From assembly GCA_902596165.1 (NCBI GenBank), contig CACJSU010000001.1, positions 65,718 through 129,717 on the forward strand: a stretch of 64,000 bases of DNA. Direction: 5' to 3'. The notes below the pieces were generated by a model, which had not been told where the DNA came from, did not search any database, and saw only the letters and a program-made list of their open reading frames with translations. Made by a program: the position numbers and the translations under genes. Shown piece by piece: positions 28,338-38,324 of the stretch. Each line of letters opens with the position of its first letter. Position 1 is the first letter of the stretch. This DNA comes from an uncultured SAR86 cluster bacterium (lineage in GTDB: Bacteria > Pseudomonadota > Gammaproteobacteria > Magnimaribacterales > D2472).

Positions 28338-30749
28338 CTAATGGGGTTTTCTGGAACTTGCTCTGGCGCTAGGTGATTTTGATTTGCTGAGGCTTTTAGC
28401 ACTTCTTCTTTTTTTAACCGGTTTTGGCTCTGAAGTTAAGGCATGAGTAATGGCCTCGTCAACCCATCGAACTGGAAGTATCTCTAATGCATGTGTAATT
28501 TGAGATGGTATTTCTCTGAGGTCAGCAGCATTGTCTTCGGGAATAATAACTCTCTTGATCCCACCTCGTTTTGCAGCTAAAAGCTTTTCTTTAAGGCCTC
28601 CAATTTTTGTTACTTGACCGTGGAGAGTAATCTCACCAGTCATAGCAGTATCAGAACGAACAGGAATTCCAGTGAAGACAGAAATCATTGCAGTACACAT
28701 ACCAACCCCTGCACTAGGACCATCCTTGGGAGTTGCACCATCTGGAACATGAATGTGAACATCAAATTTTTCGTAAAAATTACTTGGGATACCAAGTTTC
28801 TCTGATCTTGATCTAACCACCGTTAACGCAGCTTGAATAGATTCCTGCATGACATCACCCAATGACCCTGTTTTAATAACCTGTCCTTTTCCAGGAACAT
28901 ATGATGACTCTATGGTCAAAAGTTCTCCACCAACCTCAGTCCAAGCCAGGCCAGCAACCTTGCCAACTATATCTTCCACATCAGCTTCACCGAATTTAAA
29001 TTTAGGTACGCCACAATATTTTTCTAAATTTTTTGGGGTAATATTAATAGAGCTTTTAATTTTCTTAGGATCTGCAAGAACTCTTTCTTTTACTGATTTT
29101 CTAAAGATTTTAGCTATCTGTCTTTCAAGACCTCTAACACCAGCCTCCCTTGTATAGTGACGGACTATATCTAAAATCGATTTATCGCTAAGCTTAACTT
29201 CTTTCTCCTCAAGCCCATTTCTTTCAAGCTGTTTAGGGATCAAATACTGTTTAGCAATATTTAACTTTTCATCCTCTATGTAGCCAGGCAGTCTAATGAT
29301 CTCCATTCGATCAAGCAAAGGGCCAGGAATATTTAAACTATTAGCAGTACAAACAAACATCACTTCGGAAAGATCAAAATCAACTTCTAGATAGTGATCT
29401 GAAAAGGAATTGTTTTGTTCTGGATCCAAAACCTCAAGTAATGCTGATGCAGGATCCCCTCGATGGTCCATGCCCATTTTATCAATTTCATCTAATAAAA
29501 ATAATGGGTTTTTTACTTCAACTTTTGAAAGCTTTTGAATAATTTTTCCTGGCATAGATCCAATGTAAGTTCTGCGATGTCCTCTAATTTCTGCCTCATC
29601 TCTGACTCCACCCAAAGACATTCTGGCAAACTTTCTATTCGTAGCCCTTGCTATCGATTTTCCCAAAGAAGTTTTACCTACGCCAGGAGGACCCACCAGG
29701 CATAAGACTGGCGCTTTTAATTTTTTTACCCTTTGTTGAACAGCTAAATATTCTAAAATCCTTTCTTTCACTTCGTCTAAGCCAAAGTGATCTTCATTTA
29801 AGATTTCTGTTGCGGAATTCAAATTTGATTTAACTTTACTTCTTTTTTTCCAGGGAATTCCAGTTAGCCAATCCAAGTAAGAACGAACAACTGAGGCCTC
29901 TGCAGACATAGGTGACATTTGCTTAAACTTGGCAAATTCATTGTTTGCTTTTTTTAATGCTTCTTTAGACATCCCTGCTTTAGCAATGTCTTTCTCTAAT
30001 TGCGAGATTTCATCACCCTCCTCGCTGATATCACCCAATTCCTTTTGAGCAGCTTTAATTTGCTCATTTAAGTAATACTCTCTTTGAGATTTTTCCATCT
30101 GTCCTTTAACTCTATTTCGAATTCTTTTATCAACATCCATCTCATCTAATTGAGACTCAATGTAAGCGATTAGAATTTCAGCTCTTAATTGGAAATCGGC
30201 TGTTTCAAGGATTTCTTGTTTTTGCTTTATTTCCATTGGAAGATGGCCAGCTATTGAATCAATAATTCTTGATAAATCATCTAAAGCATCGATTGAGGCA
30301 AGAACCTCTGGAGCAATCTTTTTTGTAATTTTTATAAAATCATGAAACTTAGCTTTGATAAATCTTGCAAGATTTTCTCCATCTTTAAGATCAATTGCAG
30401 ACTCAGTGATGAGGCTTACCCTAACCTTAGAAAACTTATCATCTGACTCCAACGAATCCATTTGAGCTCTGTGAGATCCCTCGACAAGAACTTTTACTGT
30501 ACCATCAGGTAATTTTATTAATTGAAGGATGTTAGCAATGGTTGCAACCTTAAATAAATCATCAAACATTGGGGCGTCCAATGAGCCATCCTTTTGAGCG
30601 GCTAAAATAATTTTTTTCTCGCCAGCCATTGCTGCATTTAAGGCGTTTATAGATTTATTTCTACCAACAAATAATGTTGAAACAACTCCTGGGAAAACAA
30701 CAACGTCTCTGAGAGGAATAAGCGGAAGATCATATTTAATATTAGCCAT
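28338..30749 (-). CDS. lon: ATP-dependent Lon protease
   Basis: 803 aa. LPLIPLRDVVVFPG N-domain, Walker A (GPPGVGKTS), and the protease Ser-Lys site (PKDGPSAG ... GLKEKLLAAKRGG). Confidence 0.97.
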   Translation of the reverse strand: MANIKYDLPLIPLRDVVVFPGVVSTLFVGRNKSINALNAAMAGEKKIILAAQKDGSLDAPMFDDLFKVATIANILQLIKLPDGTVKVLVEGSHRAQMDSLESDDKFSKVRVSLITESAIDLKDGENLARFIKAKFHDFIKITKKIAPEVLASIDALDDLSRIIDSIAGHLPMEIKQKQEILETADFQLRAEILIAYIESQLDEMDVDKRIRNRVKGQMEKSQREYYLNEQIKAAQKELGDISEEGDEISQLEKDIAKAGMSKEALKKANNEFAKFKQMSPMSAEASVVRSYLDWLTGIPWKKRSKVKSNLNSATEILNEDHFGLDEVKERILEYLAVQQRVKKLKAPVLCLVGPPGVGKTSLGKSIARATNRKFARMSLGGVRDEAEIRGHRRTYIGSMPGKIIQKLSKVEVKNPLFLLDEIDKMGMDHRGDPASALLEVLDPEQNNSFSDHYLEVDFDLSEVMFVCTANSLNIPGPLLDRMEIIRLPGYIEDEKLNIAKQYLIPKQLERNGLEEKEVKLSDKSILDIVRHYTREAGVRGLERQIAKIFRKSVKERVLADPKKIKSSINITPKNLEKYCGVPKFKFGEADVEDIVGKVAGLAWTEVGGELLTIESSYVPGKGQVIKTGSLGDVMQESIQAALTVVRSRSEKLGIPSNFYEKFDVHIHVPDGATPKDGPSAGVGMCTAMISVFTGIPVRSDTAMTGEITLHGQVTKIGGLKEKLLAAKRGGIKRVIIPEDNAADLREIPSQITHALEILPVRWVDEAITHALTSEPKPVKKRRSAKSLSKSKSPSARASSRKPH

Positions 30750-30779
30750 ATAAATATAATGAGGGAGAATTAATTAAAT

Positions 30780-32027
30780 TCAACCAGCAGAAGAGGATTT
30801 TTTCTTGGGAGATTTATAAACCTTAATAGGATCTGTTGAGTGTATAACAGAATTTTCATCAATAATAACTTTTTCCAAGTCCACATTTGGAAGTTCGAAC
30901 ATGGTATCCATTAAGAGCTCTTCCATGATTGATCTAAGGCCTCTTGCTCCGGTTTTTCTTTGTAGCGCTTTCTTTGCAATCTCAAGCAAAGCTTCAGTTC
31001 GAAAATCTAATTCAACATCATCAATATCAAACAGGTATTTGTATTGGTTTACTAGGGCATTTTTTGGTTCTTGGAGAATTCTAACCAATGCTGCTTCATC
31101 AAGCTCATGCAATGTTGAAATGACTGGCAATCTACCTACAAACTCAGGGATTAAACCAAATTTTACTAAATCTTCAGGCTCTAAAGCTTCAACTATCGAG
31201 GCTGCTGATGCTTGAGTATCTTTAACAGCAGCGCCAAAACCAATGCCTGATTTGTCTGTTCGATGTTTTATGACTTCATCTATACCTGAAAAGGCTCCAC
31301 CACAGATAAACAGTATGTTAGATGTATCTATTTGAATAAATTCTTGCTGCGGATGTTTTCTCCCTCCCTGGGGCGGGATTGAAGCAACCGTTCCTTCTAT
31401 TAATTTGAGCAGTGCTTGCTGCACTCCCTCTCCTGATACATCTCGTGTTATGGAGGGGTTATCTGATTTGCGAGCAATCTTATCGATTTCATCGATATAC
31501 ACAATCCCAAGGGCAGCTTTGTCAGGGTCATAATCACATTTTTGGAGAAGCTTTTGAATTATGTTCTCAACATCCTCGCCAACATAACCAGCTTCAGTTA
31601 AGGTAGTTGCATCTGCAATAGTAAATGGGACGTTTAACACTCTTGCCAATGTTTGTGCTAAAAGTGTTTTTCCACTTCCAGTTGGTCCAAGCAATAAAAC
31701 ATTGCTTTTTTGTAGTTCTATCTCATCTTTCTTCGCATTAGACCTCAATCGCTTATAATGATTATAGACCGCAACTGAAAGAGTTTTTTTAGCTTTTTCT
31801 TGACCAATGACATAATCATCAAGTTGCTTAAATATCTCTAGAGGGGATGGTAGAACATCGAGCACCTCTTCATCTTCGGCTTTGACTTCCTCCTCTATAA
31901 TGTCATTACAAAGGTCAACGCACTCATCACAAATGTAGACACTCGGTCCAGCAATAAGCTTGCGAACTTCTTCTTGGCCTTTGCCGCAAAAAGTGCAGGA
32001 TAATTTATTTTTGTCTTTATTTTCCAT
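30780..32027 (-). CDS. clpX: ATP-dependent Clp protease ATP-binding subunit ClpX
   Basis: Zinc-binding domain (CTFCGK...CDECV), Walker A ([11 protein letters not shown]) and IGF-type loop region. It overlaps clpP by 11 nt. Confidence 0.97.
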   Translation of the reverse strand: MENKDKNKLSCTFCGKGQEEVRKLIAGPSVYICDECVDLCNDIIEEEVKAEDEEVLDVLPSPLEIFKQLDDYVIGQEKAKKTLSVAVYNHYKRLRSNAKKDEIELQKSNVLLLGPTGSGKTLLAQTLARVLNVPFTIADATTLTEAGYVGEDVENIIQKLLQKCDYDPDKAALGIVYIDEIDKIARKSDNPSITRDVSGEGVQQALLKLIEGTVASIPPQGGRKHPQQEFIQIDTSNILFICGGAFSGIDEVIKHRTDKSGIGFGAAVKDTQASAASIVEALEPEDLVKFGLIPEFVGRLPVISTLHELDEAALVRILQEPKNALVNQYKYLFDIDDVELDFRTEALLEIAKKALQRKTGARGLRSIMEELLMDTMFELPNVDLEKVIIDENSVIHSTDPIKVYKSPKKKSSSAG

Positions 32028-32631
32028 TCGTAGTTGGTCGGCTCTCTAGTATTTCATCGATTATGCCATAGGTCTTAGCTTCTTTAGCATTCAAAAAATT
32101 ATCTCTATCAGTGTCTTGTTCAACTTTCTTTAAAGTTTTGCCAGTGTGCTTAGAAAGAATCTCATTAACCCTTTTTTTAACAAGTAGCATCTCTTTTGCA
32201 TGGATTTCAAAGTCAGAAGCTTGACCCTGGAATCCACCAAGTGGTTGATGAATCATGATTCGCGAATTTGTTAATGCAAACCTTTTGCCTTTTTCACCGC
32301 CTGCAAGCAGAAGCGATCCCATGCTTGCTGCCTGACCTATGCACAATGTTGAAACCTCGGGTGCAATAAACTGCATGGTGTCGTAAATAGCAAGGCCTGA
32401 GGAAATTACACCGCCTGGTGAATTAATATAAATACTAATGTCTTTTTCGGGATTTTCTGATTCTAAAAATAGAAGCTGAGCAACCACTAAATTAGAAATA
32501 TAGTCGTCTATGGGTCCGGATAGAAAAATAATTCTTTCTTTTAAAAGTCGTGAGTATATATCAAAAGCACGCTCTCCTCTGGGAGTCTGCTCTACAACCA
32601 TCGGCACCAAACCAGAATTTATTTTTTCCAT
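32017..32631 (-). CDS. clpP: ATP-dependent Clp protease proteolytic subunit
   Basis: 204 aa, with catalytic Ser in GQAASMGS and His in IMIHQPLGG. It lies 3 nt after tig. Confidence 0.97.
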   Translation of the reverse strand: MEKINSGLVPMVVEQTPRGERAFDIYSRLLKERIIFLSGPIDDYISNLVVAQLLFLESENPEKDISIYINSPGGVISSGLAIYDTMQFIAPEVSTLCIGQAASMGSLLLAGGEKGKRFALTNSRIMIHQPLGGFQGQASDFEIHAKEMLLVKKRVNEILSKHTGKTLKKVEQDTDRDNFLNAKEAKTYGIIDEILESRPTTNGK

Positions 32632-32634
32632 AAT

Positions 32635-33936
32635 TTATTTATTTGCTAGTTCTGAAAATTTTATCACCTTTACTTTAGATTTAAGGGCGGAATCTAATTT
32701 TTCAATGAGCAGATTTTCTAAAATCACCATTCTATACTGATCAAGCTGTTGAGGTTGACTTTGAATCCAAGATCTAAATTGCTCACCATCTTTGTACTTC
32801 TCAGCTTCCTCATCAATAAAAGCATTCAAATCATCCTCTTTTACTTCAAGTTCATATTTTTGTACTAAAGCTGAAAACAAGAGATCGAGTCTCACTCTTT
32901 TTTCAGCGTTTTCTTTAAAATCTTCAATTGGATAAAGATCCTCGGGAGCATTCTCAATAGTTTGACCCATACGCATTAATGAATCCTTGCGCATTAGTTC
33001 AGCCTGCTCAGCAACTGTAGCATTTGGTACTTTAAAATCATTGCTTTGAAGAAGCGTCTCATAAATAGATTCTTTGGTAAGAGATTTTTCTTGTTGCTTA
33101 ATCTCTCCTTCCATTCGTTTTGAAATCTCAGCACGAAAGCTGCTTTCATCAGAGACATCCTCCATCGCTAATTTTTCAAAAAGCTCTTTATCAATTTTTG
33201 CTTTATGCATCTCTTGCACTTCATGAACAGTGACAAAGAATTCAGTCTCCTTGTCAGCCAGATCTTTTTTAAAATAGTCTTCAGGAAAATTTGTTTTGAA
33301 TGAAAAACTTTCTCCAGACTTCTTGCCAATCAAGTTGTCCTCAAATCCTGGAATCATAGATTTTGAACCAATAACCAAGTTAAAATCTTTAGATTCATTT
33401 CCTTCAAAACCCTCACCATCAATTTTGCCTTCAAAATCAATAATGACTTGATCATTTTCTTTTGCAACCCTTTCAACCTTTTGCCATTCGCAATACCTTT
33501 TTAAAATATCATTAATTGCCAGATCAATATCAGAGTCGTCAAGAGTGATTTCAGATTTTTCAAAACTTTTCCATCGAGAAAGCTTTGGCTTGATTTCAGG
33601 AAAAACTTCAAAAACTGCTGAATACGAAATAGGCTTTGAAGCATCCTCGCTTTCTATACTAATTGCAGGTGAAGATGCAGGTTTAACATTCTGCTCTTGA
33701 AGCTCTTTTGGGTAACTCTCCTGAATAAGCTCATTTAAAACTTCATAGTGAATAGAATCACCATAACGCTGTTTAAGGACATCATTTGGAACATTGCCTT
33801 TTCTAAAACCATCCAGTTTAGCCGTTGACTTAATTTTTGAAAGCTTGCCGCCATACTTTTTTTCATAATCTTCAACAGAAACTGAAACGGTTAGCTTGCG
33901 TTCTAAATCTTTAAGTTTTTTTATTTTACTGCTCAT
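32635..33936 (-). CDS. tig: trigger factor
   Basis: 433 aa with the ribosome-binding signature GFRKGNVP and an FKBP-like middle domain. Its position upstream of clpP-clpX is conserved. Confidence 0.93.
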   Translation of the reverse strand: MSSKIKKLKDLERKLTVSVSVEDYEKKYGGKLSKIKSTAKLDGFRKGNVPNDVLKQRYGDSIHYEVLNELIQESYPKELQEQNVKPASSPAISIESEDASKPISYSAVFEVFPEIKPKLSRWKSFEKSEITLDDSDIDLAINDILKRYCEWQKVERVAKENDQVIIDFEGKIDGEGFEGNESKDFNLVIGSKSMIPGFEDNLIGKKSGESFSFKTNFPEDYFKKDLADKETEFFVTVHEVQEMHKAKIDKELFEKLAMEDVSDESSFRAEISKRMEGEIKQQEKSLTKESIYETLLQSNDFKVPNATVAEQAELMRKDSLMRMGQTIENAPEDLYPIEDFKENAEKRVRLDLLFSALVQKYELEVKEDDLNAFIDEEAEKYKDGEQFRSWIQSQPQQLDQYRMVILENLLIEKLDSALKSKVKVIKFSELANK

Positions 33937-33955
33937 TTTATTTATCTAATTTTAA

Positions 33956-34033
33956 TGGGGCGAGCGATGGGGTTCGAACCCACGGCCTCCGGAGCCACAA
34001 TCCAGCGCTCTAACCAACTGAGCTACGCCCGCC
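33956..34033 (-). tRNA. tRNA-His (GUG)
   Basis: The reverse complement folds as a cloverleaf with anticodon loop UUGUGGC. It has a genome-encoded G-1 pairing with C73, a T-arm GGGTTCGAACCCC and an encoded CCA; 78 nt. Confidence 0.93.
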
Positions 34034-34093
34034 AAGAAACGAAACATTATAGATGTAAAAAGCATATAATAATATTTTTTTAAGGGGGATATT

Positions 34094-35497
34094 TTGGTTA
34101 ACCAGGTTTTTCTAGATAGCACCAATAAACTTTTTGATCAAGCTCTGAGTTTTACGGAAATTTCACCAGATTTGGCTACCAGAATTAGAGTTTCTAATTC
34201 AACTTATACAATCAATTTTGGCGTCAAGCTTAGAAATGAAATACATACATTTACTGGATGGCGTTCAGTTCATTCAGAGCATTTTGAACCAGCCAAAGGC
34301 GGTATTCGATATGACATCAATGCATCGCAAGAAGAAGTGGAAGCTCTTGCTGCTCTCATGACATACAAGTGTGCAATTATAGAAGTGCCTTATGGGGGTT
34401 CTAAAGGAGCCTTAAAAATTAACCCAAGAGATTGGACAAAAGCTGAGATAGAAAAAATTACTCGAAGATTTGCCCAAGAACTTATTAAACGGGATTTAAT
34501 TCATCCCGCTCAAAATGTTCCAGCGCCTGATGTAGGAACGGGTTCAGATGAAATGGCATGGATTGCTGATGAATATAGGCGAATTCATCCTACAGACATA
34601 AATGCTTTGGCATGTGTTACAGGGAAACCAATCCAAAAAGGAGGCCTTGTTGGGAGATCAGAAGCAACTGGAAGAGGCGTTCAATACATAATTCGGGAGT
34701 TCTTCCGACATGAAGATGATTATTTAAAAGCAGGATTTAAAGGTGGTCTAAAAGGTAAAAGAGTATCTATTCAAGGACTTGGAAATGTTGGATATCATGC
34801 TGCGAAGTTCTTACAAGAAGAAGATGAATGCAGGATAGTTTGTGTCATGGAGCATAATGGAGCAATTTTAAATTCTGATGGCTTAGATGTAGAGAAAATA
34901 AAACAGTTTCACGCTGAGCATGGAACCTTTGAGGGCTGCAGCGAAGGTGAATTTGAAGCTAAGACATCAGAATGCCTAACCTTGGAGTGTGACATTCTTA
35001 TTCCCGCAGCAAGAGAAAATGTAATTGATCAAGCGAACGCTCGCGAAATAAAAGCCAAGCTGATTGTCGAGGCAGCAAATGGACCTATTACCTTTGAAGC
35101 AAATGAACTCCTGAATGAGCGTAATATAACTATTATTCCAGATATTTTGGCAAATGCTGGAGGAGTTGCGGTTAGTTATTTTGAATGGATTAGAAATTTA
35201 AGACACATTCGTTTTGGCAGGCTTGAAAAAAGAAGGAATGCTTTTCAGTTTGACACTCTCATTTCTGCAATTGAGACCATGACTGGAAAAGAGATGCCAG
35301 AAAAATTTAAGGAGCAATTCATTGAAGGTGCAAATGAAATAGATTTAGTCAGATCTGGTCTCGACGACATGATAAGAGAAGCATATCAAAAAATAAGGCA
35401 AAGCATGATTGAGAATAATATTCCTAATCTGCGCACTGCAGCATACAAAGTAGCGCTGGATAGAATCGCTATCAGCTACGATTCAATTGGCTTGTAA
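34094..35497 (+). CDS. Glu/Leu/Phe/Val-family (glutamate) dehydrogenase
   Basis: 467 aa, with the catalytic Lys region VPYGGSKGAL and the dinucleotide fold GLGNVGYHAA. It has a TTG start 5 nt after a strong SD (AAGGGGG at 34082-34088). Confidence 0.88.
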   Translation: MVNQVFLDSTNKLFDQALSFTEISPDLATRIRVSNSTYTINFGVKLRNEIHTFTGWRSVHSEHFEPAKGGIRYDINASQEEVEALAALMTYKCAIIEVPYGGSKGALKINPRDWTKAEIEKITRRFAQELIKRDLIHPAQNVPAPDVGTGSDEMAWIADEYRRIHPTDINALACVTGKPIQKGGLVGRSEATGRGVQYIIREFFRHEDDYLKAGFKGGLKGKRVSIQGLGNVGYHAAKFLQEEDECRIVCVMEHNGAILNSDGLDVEKIKQFHAEHGTFEGCSEGEFEAKTSECLTLECDILIPAARENVIDQANAREIKAKLIVEAANGPITFEANELLNERNITIIPDILANAGGVAVSYFEWIRNLRHIRFGRLEKRRNAFQFDTLISAIETMTGKEMPEKFKEQFIEGANEIDLVRSGLDDMIREAYQKIRQSMIENNIPNLRTAAYKVALDRIAISYDSIGL

Positions 35498-35501
35498 AAA
35501 T

Positions 35502-36137
35502 TTAGGGGAAAATCTTTCCATTGTTTTTTTTGGGATCCCATAGCTCATACTTTTGCATGGCCCGAATAAACAAATCGCTATTTTCAAAATAATTCAATAG
35601 GTCAATTACTTTGACAAAGCTTTGTGAAAAAAACCAATCAGGATTAGCGATTTTGCATTGTCGAATAAACGGAAGGATTGAAATGTCTAAAAGGCTAACT
35701 TCTTTACCAAAAATCCATGGTTGAGGGTTAATCTTATCTTCTAAATTTTCAAGAATAACTTTGCATTCTTCTTGATGGTCTTCTGGATCGATGCCGTACC
35801 GAGATGAATATTTATACCTGTCAAGATGGTGTTTAAATTTTATATCAAACAGATTGATAAGATCTTTAGATAATGATTCTTCTGCATCGGTGTATGTATG
35901 GACATGAGGAGCAGGAGATTCCATGGCCCAGGAAATAATGTCTAAACTTTCATCCAAAACTTTATTAGTAAATTGCAGAACTGGAACAGTTCCCTTGGAA
36001 GAAATTTCTAACATTTCATCAGGTTTATTCTTTAGAAGAATTTCTCTTAGCTCGCATTCTTTTGAGGCTAAAATTAATGCCATGCGTGCTCGCATGGCAT
36101 ATGGGCATCTTCTAAAACTATAGAGAATTGGCATCAT
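35502..36137 (-). CDS. glutathione S-transferase-like protein (thioredoxin-fold N-domain with CPYA motif)
   Basis: 211 aa, with LYSFRRCPYAMRARMAL and a VPVL cis-Pro-type motif. It overlaps the upstream trhO by 4 nt. Confidence 0.65.
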   Translation of the reverse strand: MMPILYSFRRCPYAMRARMALILASKECELREILLKNKPDEMLEISSKGTVPVLQFTNKVLDESLDIISWAMESPAPHVHTYTDAEESLSKDLINLFDIKFKHHLDRYKYSSRYGIDPEDHQEECKVILENLEDKINPQPWIFGKEVSLLDISILPFIRQCKIANPDWFFSQSFVKVIDLLNYFENSDLFIRAMQKYELWDPKKNNGKIFP

Positions 36138-37078
36138 TTTTTGCTTGATTGATAGCTTGCTCCAATGTGTTTTTCTTTTCTAAGCTTGGCCAAATCAACC
36201 TGTTTTTGTCTGTCAGCGTAACGTTTTTTTTGCTCAGGTGTTTTTTCATAAAAACAATTCGGGCAGCTCACCCCCCTTTCATACTCCTCCTTAAATTTGT
36301 CTGCATCTGTAATAGGCATCCTGCAACCATGACACATATCGTAAGAACCCACTTCTAAATTGTGATTTAGGGCTACCCGATCATCAAAAACAAAGCACTC
36401 CCCTTTCCACAATGAATCTTCTTCATCTACTTTTTCCATATAATTTAAGATACCGCCTTGCAAATGATAAATATTTTTAAAACCTTTTGCTTTCATCAAT
36501 GAGGATGCTTTCTCGCAGCGAATCCCTCCAGTACAAAACATGGCCACTTTATTATTCTTATCAACACCAGAAGATTCAAGATCTTCAAGCCAATTAGGAA
36601 ATTCTCTAAAATTTGTAGTCTCTGGTTGTATAGATTTTTCAAAAGTACCAATTGAATACTCATAGGTATTTCTAGTATCTAAAACCAAAACATCGTTCTG
36701 AGAAATTAAATTATTCCAGTCTTCAGGTTGAACATATTCACCAACAATTGTTGCGGGATCAGCCAGCTCATTACCAATGCTAACAATCTCATCCTTTAAC
36801 TTAACCTTAAGACGAGGAAATGGTTCCTCTTTGCAATATGAAATTTTAAAGTTCTGTGACTCATAGAGATGATTTAACTTAAGAAAATTTTTAAATCTAT
36901 CAATCCCAGCCTCTGTTCCAGCCACAGTTCCATTCACTCCTTCATAAGCAAGAAGAACGGTGCCTTTGATATTCTCTTTTTTTAAAAAGTCGATAAATGT
37001 ATTCTGCAATTTATCGAGATTCAATAAATCTACAAAAGCATAGAAAGCTGCTACTTTAAAAAAATTTTTATCCATCAA
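36134..37078 (-). CDS. trhO: rhodanese-domain tRNA U34 hydroxylase TrhO (YceA family)
   Basis: 314 aa. It has the rhodanese active-site loop (FCTGGIRCEKAS) and a C-terminal Cys cluster (CHGCRMP...CPNCF). Confidence 0.85.
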   Translation of the reverse strand: MMDKNFFKVAAFYAFVDLLNLDKLQNTFIDFLKKENIKGTVLLAYEGVNGTVAGTEAGIDRFKNFLKLNHLYESQNFKISYCKEEPFPRLKVKLKDEIVSIGNELADPATIVGEYVQPEDWNNLISQNDVLVLDTRNTYEYSIGTFEKSIQPETTNFREFPNWLEDLESSGVDKNNKVAMFCTGGIRCEKASSLMKAKGFKNIYHLQGGILNYMEKVDEEDSLWKGECFVFDDRVALNHNLEVGSYDMCHGCRMPITDADKFKEEYERGVSCPNCFYEKTPEQKKRYADRQKQVDLAKLRKEKHIGASYQSSKK

Positions 37079-37249
37079 CTTAATTCAATATATATTTACT
37101 TTAATAATTTCCTAATTTATTAATGAAAAAGAAAACTAAAAATAGAATTTACACATTCATAATAACTTTGTTCATATTTTACTATATGTTCGGCAGATAC
37201 ATTTAGTATTCAAAGTAGAATTTGTAAGGCGAGTAAAAGGTTTTGAGAA

Positions 37250-37326
37250 TGGCGCGCCTGAAGAGATTCGAACTCCTGACCCACGGTTTAGAAAACCGTT
37301 GCTCTATCCAGCTGAGCTACAGGCGC
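37250..37326 (-). tRNA. tRNA-Arg (UCU)
   Basis: The reverse complement is GCGCCTGTAGCTCAGCTGGATAGAGCAACGGTTTTCTAAACCGT...GCGCCA. The anticodon loop is UUUCUAA, CCA is encoded, and it is 77 nt. Confidence 0.92.
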
Positions 37327-37328
37327 AC

Positions 37329-37405
37329 TGGTCGGGGTAGTAAGATTCGAACTTACGACCACTCGCTCCCAAAGCGAGTGCGCTACCAGACTGCGCCATA
37401 CCCCG
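37329..37405 (-). tRNA. tRNA-Pro (UGG)
   Basis: The reverse complement is CGGGGTATGGCGCAGTCTGGTAGCGCACTCGCTTTGGGAGCGAG...CCCCGACCA. The anticodon loop is UUUGGGA and it is 77 nt. Only 2 nt separate it from tRNA-Arg. Confidence 0.92.
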
Positions 37406-37483
37406 AGACGAGTGATCTTAAAGTTTTAAGGTTAAATAATCAATCTCCATTGCATAAAAATTTAATGATGGGAAAATGAATAT

Positions 37484-38323
37484 ATGCCATCAAAAATTTT
37501 AGACGGAAAAGCTCTTGCTCAGTTGGCTGAGGAAGATATAAAGCTGAGCGTATCTAAATTAAAGAAAAATGGAATCACGCCAACATTGGCAACCATTTTG
37601 GTTGGTGTAGATCCTGCATCAGCGACCTATGTAAAAATGAAACAAAATGCGTGTGCAAGACTTGGGATGGATTCCATAGCAGTCGAGCTTGGCAAAGAGA
37701 CCTCAACAGAAGAGTTATTAGAAGCAATAAAAAAACTTAATCAGGACGACAATGTTCATGGCATCTTATTGCAACATCCTGTGCCTTCGCAGATCAATGA
37801 ACGAAAATGTTTTGATGCAATAAATGTTGAAAAGGATGTTGATGGGGTAACCTGTATGGGTTTTGGTCAAATGACCATGGGAGAAGAGGCATTTGGTTCA
37901 TGCACCCCAGCAGGAATCATGCGCATCCTTAAGCACTACAAAATAGAAATTTCTGGAAAAAATGCAGTTGTTATAGGAAGAAGTCCCATTCTTGGAAAAC
38001 CTATGGCCATGATGCTGTTGAATGAAAATGCAACTGTAACCATTTGTCACTCAAGAACAGAAAATCTTCAAGAGCATATTCAAAATGCGGACATATTGGT
38101 TGGAGCAGTTGGAGTACCTCGTTTAATTCAGAAAGACTGGATTAAAAATGGGGCTGTAGTTATAGATGCAGGCTATCATCCTGCAGAAAAATGTGGAGAT
38201 ATTGATTTAGAAGGCATTGAGAGTATAGCTTCTGCCCATACTCCTGTTCCCGGAGGGGTTGGTCCAATGACTATAAATACCTTGATTCTTAATACGTTGT
38301 CGGCTGCTCAAAAATTAATTTAA
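37484..38323 (+). CDS. folD: bifunctional methylenetetrahydrofolate dehydrogenase / methenyl-THF cyclohydrolase
   Basis: 279 aa, with [23 protein letters not shown] and PGGVGPMT. Confidence 0.95.
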   Translation: MPSKILDGKALAQLAEEDIKLSVSKLKKNGITPTLATILVGVDPASATYVKMKQNACARLGMDSIAVELGKETSTEELLEAIKKLNQDDNVHGILLQHPVPSQINERKCFDAINVEKDVDGVTCMGFGQMTMGEEAFGSCTPAGIMRILKHYKIEISGKNAVVIGRSPILGKPMAMMLLNENATVTICHSRTENLQEHIQNADILVGAVGVPRLIQKDWIKNGAVVIDAGYHPAEKCGDIDLEGIESIASAHTPVPGGVGPMTINTLILNTLSAAQKLI

Positions 38324-38324
38324 T

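Noticed and set aside
30750-30800. A possible sigma32-like promoter for lon (GTTGAAT-N12-CCCTCATT on the minus strand).
   Set aside because: The -10 part needs an insertion to match CCCCAT, and the element would leave only about 10 nt before the ATG. It is much weaker than the htpG and ibpA matches.
37123-37206. A 27-codon ORF (MKKKTKNRIYTFIITLFIFYYMFGRYI) that resembles a type I toxin-like small hydrophobic peptide.
   Set aside because: It has no SD. Its Lys/Asn/Ile/Phe/Tyr composition is what random AT-rich sequence encodes, and no antisense RNA or promoter features are evident.
37243-37479. A 78-aa ORF on the plus strand.
   Set aside because: It is almost entirely covered by two well-folding minus-strand tRNA genes (Arg-UCU and Pro-UGG), so it is a tRNA shadow ORF.
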